A DNA stretch of 64,000 nucleotides from the human T2T-CHM13v2.0 reference genome, Homo sapiens, in assembly GCF_009914755.1 (NCBI RefSeq), contig NC_060933.1; one strand, written 5' to 3'. The notes below the pieces were generated by a model, which made no database searches, had not been told where the DNA came from, and saw only the letters and a program-made list of their open reading frames with translations. Positions 53,261 through 64,000 of the stretch are shown here, in pieces. Each line of letters opens with the position of its first letter. Position 1 is the first letter of the stretch. A program made the translations under genes and the position numbers.

Positions 53261-55164
53261 GAGATGGATGGATACTTACAGTATCAGGTTATATCTATAT
53301 CCCTTCACTCCTACCCCAGATTCCTTTTGCATATTTTTCTGACCAGATCAACTAGAGGCTCATTTGTTTTTTGGAAGAGAGATTACACAGGTCATGGAGG
53401 AGGGCACAGAAAGTCTACAGGATGGGAAATGAACTGGGGCGGATTAGTCTTGTTCTGTGGAGTTCAACCTGGAAATTCCTCCCAGTTGCCCCTGGTATTT
53501 TCAAAATGATTAGTGTCTGAATGAAAAATTAGTCAGGGTATGAAACAGACGTGGATAACAAAATTTTTATTTGACACAACCTTTTCCGAATAACTAACAG
53601 ACTACTAAGAAGAGAGGAGATCTCAGAAGGATAGCTCAGGTGAACCTGGGGTATGAAATGCAAAGAAATTGTATAAATAAAGGCAGTTCCCCACCCTAAA
53701 AATGCTGCATAGCTGAGTGATCATTTACAAAGGCCTGAGAAGTAGATTCCCTCTCCTCAACCAGAAGCACGTTCTTCTAAGGGCTTGAAATCTGAAAGCA
53801 TGGCCTGTTTTTCAGTTCTCTGTTCTCAGGAGGCCACTGCAAAGGGTTGAGTTCTCCTGTGGCCATTGCTGACACTGAGCTACAGTCATGGGCGTGCCTA
53901 GCCTTGGCCTTCTGTCTCACTCACACCTACAGTGAAGTGCAAGCAGAACTCGACATTGGGTTGAAGAGGGCCAAGGGCACGTGCCTTGCAGCAAGCAGAC
54001 CCAAAATGTGGTTGTTTACTGTTCAGGGAGACTTGAGCTAGGCCCTCTCTTTCTAAGCCCTTATCTGAATTGCCTATAAAGCTGGAATAATGACAGCCAG
54101 ATTGAAGGGCTGTGGGAAAAAACAAGATAGTGCATAAAACTAAAACTTCCTCATCTCTAACTGATCTCCCCCTCTAGGCTCCAAATAAGACTTGAATTAG
54201 ACATTATATTATTCAAAAGTGAGATTTGTATATCCAAATGTTAGTTAAACTTTGCCTATAAAATATAGCAAACACGTTTAGATCTCCCTTATTGAACAGA
54301 TAAGAATGATTAATAATTGACATGCATTATTTATGTAAAATGTAACTGGGTGTTTCAAAAATTGTGAAGTTCACTATCTAAAGTGGGTTAGCATTCCCTG
54401 TCTCTACTTTATGATATAAAGTGTTGGCATACTCATATCTTTCTTCATAGGAAAATTCTAAATTGAAAGGACTGGAATAAATTACATCTTATTTCCTTAT
54501 TCTAAGTATTGGTTTACTTTGTGTTATTCAGTTTTTAAAGTAAAGTCATTACTTTTATACAGTTTTTCTTGTGCCATGCATAGAGACCAACATCATGTTT
54601 TGCACTTAGCAGGCACCTAATAACTATTGATCAAATTAATTAATGATCAATGACACACTCTGAGATATGATTTCTCCTTAGATTGAAGTAAGAACATCCA
54701 GTCAATGCAAACATTAACATCAAGAAGGGAGAAAAAAGGAGAAGCTAAAAAGCGTTGGTTAATTAATTAATTTGCATATCTCTTGAATTTTGGTCACTTA
54801 GAAATTAAAAATTACTGAGCATAATTGTTAATGTGCAACAGAATTTGATCATTGAGATGCCTCAGCTGCATTTATAATTCTACTGTCTTCTAGCTGAGCA
54901 GCTCAAGACTAAATCTGTGGTTTACAATTATTAAAGAAATGTAGTATAAGGAGAGTAAATGGCCTTTGAGACAACAAGTCATTTATCACTATTTACATCT
55001 TTTAGGTGTACTTGCTTTTATCATGGCACACTGTCAGGAAAGATGATTCTGAAACTTTGTTGAGAAGACAGGGAACATTTGCCAGCAATGAGGGCTATTA
55101 TTAGGTAGGTGATACGGGAATTGGAAGAAGAGACAGAGAAGGACATGCACATTCATTGAAGGCC

Positions 55165-56372
55165 TGCTCTGCTTCAGTAGCTTTAGGTGCCTTATTTCAT
55201 GTACTGCTCTCCATAGCAGTACTGTGAGGGAATAATAAGTGATGTTTATTGAGGGCTTCCTCCAGGCCCACCGTTGTATCTTCTGCCTGAGCACCTAGGC
55301 TTTCTGACACATTGTCTGAAATCTAAGTAGAAGCTTCCAACCCCCCCCTTTACTCTTGCATGCCATGTGCCTGCAGGTTTAACACACATAGAAGCCACCA
55401 AGCCTTATGGCTTGTGACCTCCAGCAAAGTGTCCTGAGTTGCACCTGAGCCCCTCTGAGCTGAAGCTATACTTGGAGCAGCCAGAATGCAAGGAGCAGCA
55501 TCCTCAGGCTAAGCAAGACAGCAGTGCCCTGGGCCTGGCCCCTAAAACCATACTTTTCTCTTAAGCTTCTGGCTCTATGATGGAAGGGACTGTCCAGAAG
55601 ACTACTAAAATGTCTTGGGGCATTTTCCCCATTGTCTTAGATATTAGCACTTGACTCCATTTTAGTCATGCTAATCTCTCTAGCAAGTGGTTTCTCCCCG
55701 GCCTGCTTGGATTCCTCTCCTGAAAGGGACTTTTCTTTCTCTGGCACTTGGGTACTTTTTAAATGTAAGTTCCATCTTTAAGTCATTTATATGCTGTCAC
55801 ATCTGATCCAAGGCTTTTAGAAGCAGCCAGGCCACATCTTGAACACTTTGCTGCTTAGAAATTTCTTGCACCCAATACCCTAAGTCATCAGTCTGAAGTT
55901 CAAACTTCCACAGATCCCTAGGACATGGACAGAATGCAGCTGAGTTTTTTGCTAGGGTATAACACGGGTGACCTTTACTTCAGTTTCCAATAAGTTCCTT
56001 ATTTCCATCTGAGACCTCCATCTAGCCTTCACTGTCCCTACCTCTATCAGTATTTTGGTCACAACCATTTAACCAGTCTCTAAGAAGTTCCAGACTTTCC
56101 CATATCTTTCTGTCTTTTTCTGAGTCCTCCAAACTCCTCCAACCTCTGCCCTTTCCCTTATTCCAAAGCCACTTCCACATCTTCAGGTATCTTCATGGCA
56201 ACACCACACTCCTTGGTATTAATACAATTTTTGTTGTTAGTCCATTTCTGCATTGCTATAAAGGAATACTTGAGGCTGGGTAATTTAAAAAGACTAGAGG
56301 TTTAATTTGCTTGTGGTTCTGCAGAGTATATAGGAGGCATAGTGCTGGCATCTGCTCAGCTTCTGGTAAGGC
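55165..56372 (-). mobile_element. MST (B-like) internal region plus part of its LTR (outer element of nest)
   Basis: MST-int reverse complement (tttgctgcttagaaatttctt, ccacatcttcaggtatc); LTR starts tgttgttagtcc at about 56232. Confidence 0.88.
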
Positions 56373-58135
56373 TGTAACCAGTACCCCCATCTTTCTCAAA
56401 GATAGTTTAATTATTTTTTCTCTCTCTTTTCTCTTTCCTCCTATCCCCCACTTCCTACTGAGATAACATGGTTTGGATCTGTGTCCTCACTCAAATCTCA
56501 GGCCAAATTATAATCCCTAATATTGGAAGTGGGGCCTGGTGGGTAGTGATTGGATCATGGGGATGGATTCTCCATGAATAATTTATTGTAGAACCATTCC
56601 CTTGGTGCTGTCCTCATGAAAAAATTCTCACAAGACCTGGTTGTTTAAAAGTGTGTAGAACTTCCCTCCCCACTCTTGCTCCTTCTCCTGCCATATGAGA
56701 CACCTTGCTTTCCCTTTGTCTTCTGCCATGATTGGAAGCTTCCTAAGGCCTCCCTAGAAGCACAAGCCACTATGCTTCTTATACAGCCTACAGAACAGTG
56801 AGGCAATCAAATCTCTTTTCTTTATAAATTTCCCACTCTCAGATTTTTTTTATAGCAGTGCAAGAATGGGTAAATACAGAAAATTGGTACCAAGGAATGG
56901 GGCATTGCTATGAAGATACCTGAAAATGTGGAAGCAGCTTTGGAACTGGGTAACAGGCAGAGGTTGGAAGAGTGTGAAAGGCTCAGAGGACAGGAAGATG
57001 AAGGAAAATTTGGAATTTCTTAGAGACTGCTTGAGTGGTTATGACCAAAATGCTGGTAGTTCTATGGACAGTGAAGGCCAGGCTGATGAGGTCTCAGATG
57101 GAGATGAGGAACTCATTGGAAACTGGAGCAAAGGTGACATGTGTTATGCCTTAGCAAAGAACTTGGCTGCATTGTGCCCCTGCCCTAAACATCTGTGGAA
57201 CTTTGAACTTGAAAATAATGATTTAGAGTGTCTGGTTGAAGAAATTTATAAGCAGCAAAGCATTCAAGAAGTGACCTGGCTGATTCTAACAACTGATGCT
57301 CATCTCTGTGAGCAAATAAATGACCTAAAGTTGGAACTTATATTTAAAAGAGAAGCAGAGCATAAAAGTTGGAAAATTTTGCAGCCTGGCCATGTGGTAG
57401 AAAGAAAAGTCCATTTTCAGGGGAGAAATTCAAGCAGGCTGCAGAAACATGTATAATTAAAAAGGAGCCAAATGCTAATAGCCAAGATAATGAAAAGGGC
57501 TTGAAGACGTTTAAGACCTTAAGACCTTCATGGCAGCCCCTCTCATCATAGGCCCAGAGCTCTAAGAGGACACAATGCTTTCTTGGGCCAGGCTCAGGGC
57601 CCCACTGCCCTGTGCATCCTCAGGGCACTGCTCCCTGAATCCCAGTTTTTCCAGCTGTGGCTCAAAGAGGCCTAGGTACAGTTTGGAGAACAGGCTAGTA
57701 CATTAGCTCTTTAGAAATGCAATCATAACCTTTTACCTCTTCTTTACCAGACACCCTACAGGAGAAGCTCATTATGCTTAGAAGCTCCAGGGCAGAACTT
57801 TCTCCCACCAGGAAACTGCCTCAAGAAACAGTCAATTTACAATCCAAAATATGCCTGCTATAAAACTTTCTTCCACCTGGAGAGTTTTGGCCACTTTTTC
57901 AACCCAGTTCTGCCCACAAAGATGCCAGCAGTGGCTAGCTCAATCACCCAGTGGGGTATAGCATCAAAATGAGTTCATGATCCCCCACCTGCATTTCCCT
58001 CCTCTAAGTGCCATTCATGCCACTCTGCCTTTTAAAAAACCTAGTTTCTGCTCCAAAAGCCTGTAATTTTTCCCCTAAGCTAGCTTTGGAACAGAAAGGC
58101 ACTTTCTTTATACTAGAATTTTCTTTTGTTAATTG
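56373..58135 (+). mobile_element. ERV1-type LTR (MER4-group-like) inserted into the MST LTR and itself interrupted
   Basis: Starts tgtaaccagtaccccc; cttcctac (56451-56458) resumes as ttagctctttagaaatgc at 57703; subfamily not determined. Confidence 0.7.
56464..57702 (+). mobile_element. Inner MST (A/B-like): LTR 56464-56878, internal to about 57685, last ~17 bp of 3' LTR
   Basis: atggtttggatctgtgtcc LTR; internal starts gaaaattggtacc; ends gagaacaggctagtaca. Confidence 0.88.
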
Positions 58136-58290
58136 GGCGAGAGCTCACTCGTTACCATGAGGAGGGCATCAAACAATTCATGAAGGATCAGCCCCCATGA
58201 CTGAAACACTTCCCACCAGGCCCTATCTCTAACACTGGAAACTACATTTCAATATGAGATTTGGAGGGGACAAGGATCCAAGCCACATCA
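58136..58290 (-). mobile_element. Remainder of outer MSTB LTR
   Basis: gagctcactcgttaccatgaggagggc...tgagatttggagggggacaaggatccaagccacatca. Confidence 0.85.
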
Positions 58291-58299
58291 CTATTTTAT

Positions 58300-60560
58300 T
58301 AATTTCTAAAATTAAAATTTATAATTTACTTTATTACTTTCTTATTAGTGGGCACTCAAGTTGTTTTCATTTCTTTGCTCTTATAGAGAATGCTAAAATA
58401 ACCCCTCACGTGTATCATGTGTCTTTAAATCTAAGCACTAGTATATCTGTCGAATGTATTGTTGGGTCAAAGAGTAAAGGCAGGCACTTATAATTCTAGT
58501 AGATACTGCCACGTTGACCTCCATGGATTGTGTGAATTTGTCCTCTCACTAGCAGAGTTTAAGGGTGACTGTCTTCACATAGCCTCGCTGACAGTTTTTA
58601 TTAAACTTTTGGATCTTTGCCAATCTGATAGATGAAAAACTGATGTCAGGTATTTTGAGTTATATGTCTTATAATTAATGAGGTCAAGCATCTTTTTATA
58701 TGTTTGAGAAATGTTTATACTAAATATTTCCTTTCTAGTGCATTATCTATTTGTACTCCGTTCATTTTCTACTTGTGCTTTTTCATATATTAGGGAGTTA
58801 GCGTTTTGTGATTTGAGTTGCAAAAAGCTTTTCTTAGTTTGTCTTGTAGCTTTTGACCTTAAGCACTGCATATTTCCCATGGAGAAATTTTTCTACTTTT
58901 TTTTTAAGAGCCAAATTTACTAGTCGTTTCCTTGATCACTTCCAAATTTGAGTCCTAATTAGAGAGACTCACAACTCCAATGTTATGAGATAATTCTCCC
59001 ATGTTTGCATCTAGAACTCTTCTGTCGTCAGTTTCTTTTCATTTAACCCTTTGATCCTTTTGGAGACAATCCCACTGTTTGGATGGAAGCATACATCCAA
59101 TTTGATACATATCTCTAGATAGACTTCCAATTCTGCCAATACCATTTATTGAATCATTCCATGACTGACTTAAGATAACTTTTTAATCATATACTGCATT
59201 CAAATCTCTGTATAAATATATGTCTGTATATGTGTCTTTTTGGATTTTTTAGTCTATTCCTTCAGTCTATCTATTCATATATTATTACCATACTGTTTTA
59301 ATAATAGAGGATTTTAAATATGTTTTAATATCTACTATGGCTAATTCCCTGTGTCTCACCATTTTTTTTTTTTTCAGAGTATTCCTGGTTATTCTGATTT
59401 ATGTTTCCATGTGACTTTAGAATGACACTATCTAGTTTTTGTTAAAATAGGCTTTTGGGTATTTTCCTTGGGATTGCATTACAATTATAAATTAGCATGA
59501 AAAATTCACATCTTTGTCATGGTGTGTGTTTGTATTTCCATTTTTAAAAAGTTGTTTTAGGCTTCAGAATTATTAGAAACATTTTTTCTTATGGGTCCTA
59601 CATATTTTTATTAATGTAATTCTTTTTTACATTTTATTTATTTATAAAATTATTTATGTAATTTTATTAATGTAATGTAGTCTTGGTTGCTATATTGATG
59701 TGGTCTTTTCTTACATTATATCATCTATGTGGTTATTGCTTATATGTACATATGTATGGGTGTGTATGAAAGCTAATGTTTTTATCTATTATTTCTATAC
59801 CCCTAATACCTTTCTGAATTCTCTTACTGATTGTAATAGCTTTTCAGTTAGTTTTCTTGTTTTCCAAGTATGTAGTCATAGCCTCTGTAAATAATAGTAT
59901 TTTTTCCTTTCTCTTTTCTAACTCTTTTCATAACTCTAAGAATTATGATTTCTTTCTCTTCCCCAATTTTGTTGGCTATGACTTCTAGTACATGTCAAGT
60001 TCTATTTCTGACTATAATGGGACTATTTTAGTGCTTCCCATTAAACATAATGCTAGTTTTGGGGTTATGACTGAATTACTTGATTTTGCTATAGATTTGA
60101 TTTGTCTAACATTATTTTGTTGCAATTTAAAAAAATTAAGAATGAATATTGTATTTTGTCTGGTGACGTCATTTAATACATTTCCCCCCATGCTTATATA
60201 ATCTCAAACACAGGGGGTTTGTCATTGACTTATAGAAATTGTTTTGTGTTATATACACCTACGTTTATCTTATTGCTCATTATATAATACTTCGTGGAAT
60301 TTTTTTTTTCCAAATTAGATTTAGCTCATTGTTTTAATGGCTGCATAATAGTCCCTGGTTTGGATATAGGCCATTTATTCAGCCATTCCTCTATGAAAAG
60401 CATTCATTTTTTCATTTTTCCCCTCTACTATAAACAAATCTGAAGTAATTATCCTTGTATTGTAGTTTTATGTGATTGGCCCTTTTATTTCTAAGGACCA
60501 TATTCCCAGGGATGGGAGTGCTGAACTGAAGGTTGTGTATAATTTTATATTAATTGCCAC
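58300..60560 (-). mobile_element. L1ME/MD-like fragments
   Basis: gggcactcaagttgttttc..., ccaataccatttattgaat, gggattgcattacaattataaatt, ttttaatggctgcataatagtcc. Confidence 0.75.
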
Positions 60561-60799
60561 TTTGCTATACTGCTCAAAATCTCACAGCTAGAGCTGGACT
60601 CAGTGAGCACTCTCTGACTCCAAAGCTCATTAAACCAAATTGCTGCCCAAATCAGAACCATAGATAAAGCAAATTATATAAAATCACTGTGCTCATAGTG
60701 AGATTCCTGCTACACTTCACCTAGTGGACAGGGTATAAACATCAGATTATTCCCTAATAAGAATCTTCACCTCACGAGGATTTGTCTCTGTGAATCTTT

Positions 60800-60965
60800 G
60801 AAGTTAGATAGGCCTTGGTTTCTGCAATCTTGGACAAGCTATTTTGTCTTTCTGTGAATCCATTCTCTGATCTGAGAAATGGGAATAACAATAGTGCCAA
60901 CTTTACACAGTTGCATCTAAGGTCTATTGCCTCTAAAGCCCAGGGCAAGGTATCTGGAACAAATT
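60800..60965 (+). mobile_element. MIR fragment
   Basis: cttggacaagctattttgtctttctgtg...ctgagaaatgggaataacaatagtgcc. Confidence 0.6.
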
Positions 60966-61261
60966 TTCTTAAAATACAGAAAATAGCAATTCATTTGAAG
61001 TTACCAGGCTCAGGTAAAATTTTTGCTATGTGCTTTGAAGTTGTCCAGGGTCCAGGCTGACAGGACGTTGGGCATAGAGAGTTAGCTGTTGCAGGGCACC
61101 TGGACCCTTGGTCCTGAAGAGGCTTTTGCAACTGTGACCAGGGTGAGCATCCACAGGCTAAAGGGACCACACAGCACTCTCCTCAGGGCAGCCTCTGCCA
61201 ATTCATGATTCACAATAGCCAGAAAGCCAGTGGGGAAGGTTGAGAAGAAGGGCTGAGTGGG

Positions 61262-61435
61262 TAAGGGAAAAGGGGGAGGGGGTTTGGTAGTGAAGAAAAG
61301 AGGACAGGAGGGAAGGGGAGGAGAGAGGAGAGGAGAGGAGGGAAGGGGAGGGGAGGGGAGGGAAGGGAAAGGGAGGGGAGGGGAGAGGAGGGGAGGGGAG
61401 GGGAAAGAAGAGGACAGGAGAGGCAGGGGAGGGGC
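61262..61435. repeat. Purine-rich (GGAGR/GGGGA)n low-complexity tract
   Basis: Almost pure G/A from about 61300 to 61435. Confidence 0.92.
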
Positions 61436-61444
61436 CAAAAGTAT

Positions 61445-61938
61445 TGTGTTAGTTTCCTATTGCTCCTGTGACAAATCACCACAAACTTAGTGGCTTGAAA
61501 CAGCACAAATTTATTATAGTACATTTCTGGAGGTCGGAAGTTTAAAATCAGTCTCTTTGGGCTAAAATAACACGTTGGCAGGGCTGGTTCCTTTTGGAGG
61601 CTCAAGAAGCGAATCTATTTTCTTGCCTTCCCTGCTTCTAGAGGCTGCCCACATTTCTTGCCTCACGGCCCCTTCCTCCATCTTCATAGTGCATCACTCC
61701 AACCTTTGGTTCTATTGTCACATTACATTTTCCTTCTGTGATTCTCTTTCCTCCCTCTTATGAAGACCCTTGTGATTTCATTGAATCTACTTGAATAATC
61801 CAGGATAACTCTAATCTCAAGGCCTGAGTCCTTAATCACATCTGTGAAGTCCCTTTTGCCACTTAGGTAACACATTCACACGTTCAGGAGATCAGGACAC
61901 GCGCATCTTTTGAGGGGCACATTACTCTGTCTACCACA
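61445..61938 (-). mobile_element. MLT1C/D-like MaLR solo LTR
   Basis: tgtgttagtttcctattgct...acaaatcaccacaaacttagtggcttgaaacagc...ctgtctaccaca. Confidence 0.9.
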
Positions 61939-62365
61939 GACATGATGTGTATAACCTGTGGCACCAATGCATCCCCTTTCTGCTCTTGGGAGGTCATCTT
62001 AACACTGAAGGTACCGGCTTTGTTCATCTGCCTTCTCTCTGCTTCCCTAAGAACCTCCTTGCTTAGTTGAGTCCTGCTGTCCTGCTCACAGAGAAAAGAC
62101 AGGATCTATTTTATTGCACATGGGATGGGAAAAGTGTACATTCGACTTGGTAGTTTTTACTGTCATGCCCGTTTAGTAGAGGAAGAGCGTGCTTCATAAG
62201 CCGAAGGGCTGAAAACTGTGGTCAACAGAATTTACCACCTGCCATACTTCATGGCTGTCTTCTTGGCTGCATCTGATGATTCCTCAGACATTGGACTTCC
62301 TGTTTTGTCTCACTCGATTCCCACCACCTTTCTCCTTGTGTGCTTGTTTCTTATCTCTATCGCGA

Positions 62366-62568
62366 CGTGGCCTTTTCTCTGAGTGTGTATATCCCCGGTG
62401 TCTCTCTCTGTATGTCCTAATCTCTTCTTATAAGGACACCAGCCAGATTGGATCACAGCAAAAGGCCTCATCTTAACTTAATCACCCTCTTAAAGACCCT
62501 ACCTCCAATATAGTCACATTCTAAGGTACTGGGAGTTAATGCTTCAACATATGAATTTTAGTGGACAG
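62366..62568 (-). mobile_element. MLT1B-like partial LTR
   Basis: tcttcttataaggacaccagccagattgga...atagtcacattctaaggtactggg...tcaacatatgaatttt. Confidence 0.85.
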
Positions 62569-63685
62569 GCAGGTGTGCTGGTGGCGGGAGCACAAGTCAG
62601 CGCATAATAACCTTCATGGACCTTTTTCTTCCCCTGCTTAAAGTCAGGCCACACACAATGCATGCCAACCCTGGTGTCTTTAACCACCACCTGCCTCCAT
62701 CTCTCCTGGTTGCCCGGTGGAACCATGGACAGCCCAGCTGAGGTCAGCTGCAAAACACAAGGACCTAGTAAAATCAGATTAGGTAAACCCAGAGGACTTA
62801 TTCATCAGGCTAAGCCATTGTAGGTCTTGGAATAATACAATTTGGCATTTGTTAGTATAACATTTTGGTTTCTACAAAGATAAGTCCCACCTTCTTAAAG
62901 TAAGTATAAACACTTCAAAACACAAGTAACAGCCTAAGAGCTAAAGGATACATAATGGCAGAAGGTCCCATGATTTCACCCCCCAAAGGGCAGCTACATC
63001 AGGTGACAGTTCTGGAGAACTGGGACCCTGGCTTCCGGCCTCAGGCCTGCAGCCAACAATGTAGAAAGGGGAAGTCTCAGAACCTCTTTGCAGTTCAGGG
63101 TGTCCACCAGTAGAAGAGGAGTAACCACATTTTGCAGATAATATAAAGTAAAAGCTTGGGAAGTTCTTGGGATCTGAAGTAAATGTGTAACCATAAGATT
63201 TTGTTTAAAAGCACGCTATTGTTGCCCAGATTTTATCCTGTGTTAGTCGTGTCTCAGTCTACGCAGTGCCAAGTGCCTTGCTATTGTAACAGAGAAAGCC
63301 TGGAAGGCAATCATTCTTGTTAGCCCCTAATGCTAGAAGTGGCCACATACAAGTCCTGGGTCATTTTTATTTTCAACTCCTTACAACAGAAACATTAAGG
63401 AGGCCAGAAAAAGGGAGAGAAAAATAAAACAAAGCTTTTGAAATCATAAAAGAAAAGGAACTTGGGTTTTGATTGTGTTTCTAGAAAAATAAAAACAAGG
63501 CATAGATTCATCGATTCTCCCTCAAGTATTTCCTGTAGTGCAATAAAGCAACCCCAAGTGTGACCCCCAGAAGCAGGTACGGTGAGCTGAGAAGCTCAGG
63601 GGCAAGGTAGGGAGGGCATCTGTCCCCATAACAATCTGCAGACTTTAAACACACAGGGAGAGCCTTGCAGTTACCCTGAGGCGGT

Positions 63686-63702
63686 GGGTTGGGTGGGGAG
63701 GG
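63686..63702 (+). other. Canonical G-quadruplex motif GGGTTGGGTGGGGAGGG
   Basis: Four G3+ runs with loops of 2, 1 and 1 nt in non-repeat sequence. Confidence 0.7.
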
Positions 63703-64000
63703 TAGAGTCAGTGCCCATGCCCTGTCCTTCACCTGAGGGAACGTGGCTTCTCTGTGGCTCTCCGTGTTTTGGAACTCGTTTGAGTTGTTGAAATCAGCTG
63801 GGTGCAAGTGAGTTTTGTTTTTGTTTTTCTGGGGAGAGGAAAGATTAGAGTGGGAAAAGGGAGAACAGGAGTGTCAGAGAAAGATTTTTCATGGCCCAGC
63901 CCTCGGCACATGTTGAAAACATCTTATAGGCTGATTTTAATTAGAACTCTCTATCTGGAGGGAGAAACTGAATACAGGTTCCAAAAACCATAACCTTTTT

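Noticed and set aside
52840-53355. 171-aa ORF
   Set aside because: No recognisable domain, non-ATG start, overlaps a probable old L1 fragment; consistent with chance
54626-54651. Inverted repeat ATTGATCA...TGATCAAT
   Set aside because: Only an 8-bp AT-rich stem within a decayed L2 tail
56926-57456. 176-aa ORF, the longest in the window
   Set aside because: Lies in the MST internal region and matches the MaLR internal frame also seen at 21737-21973; GTG start; no host gene context
61082-61605. Pro/Leu/Ser-rich and Gly/Arg/Glu-rich ORFs
   Set aside because: Translation artefacts of the polypurine tract

Overview
Primate, most likely human, genomic DNA (AluJ/S/Y, L1PA/L1MA/L1ME, THE1/MST/MLT MaLRs, MIR, L2, hAT and piggyBac MITEs). 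It is repeat-rich and CpG-poor, with no protein-coding exon I can support. All ORFs with recognisable homology are decayed L1 ORF1/ORF2, ERVL gag/pol or MaLR internal frames. Main structures: (i) a near full-length minus-strand L1MA (16651-26858) with a residual TSD, hosting a MER85 piggyBac MITE, a two-LTR THE1 element and an AluS; (ii) a decayed ERVL provirus (48586-52205); (iii) a three-layer LTR nest (55165-58290) that creates a long inverted repeat; (iv) a 67-bp near-perfect local copy (35315-35381 into 32341-32407) that looks like a templated repair insertion; (v) a candidate non-coding + strand exon (35405-35671). L1s are mostly antisense to +, which suggests an intron of a + strand transcript. 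I see no evidence of a new multi-gene system; the interesting signals are repeat-archaeology and candidate regulatory or structural elements. Subfamily names come from recalled consensus sequences, not a RepeatMasker run, and old-element boundaries are approximate.
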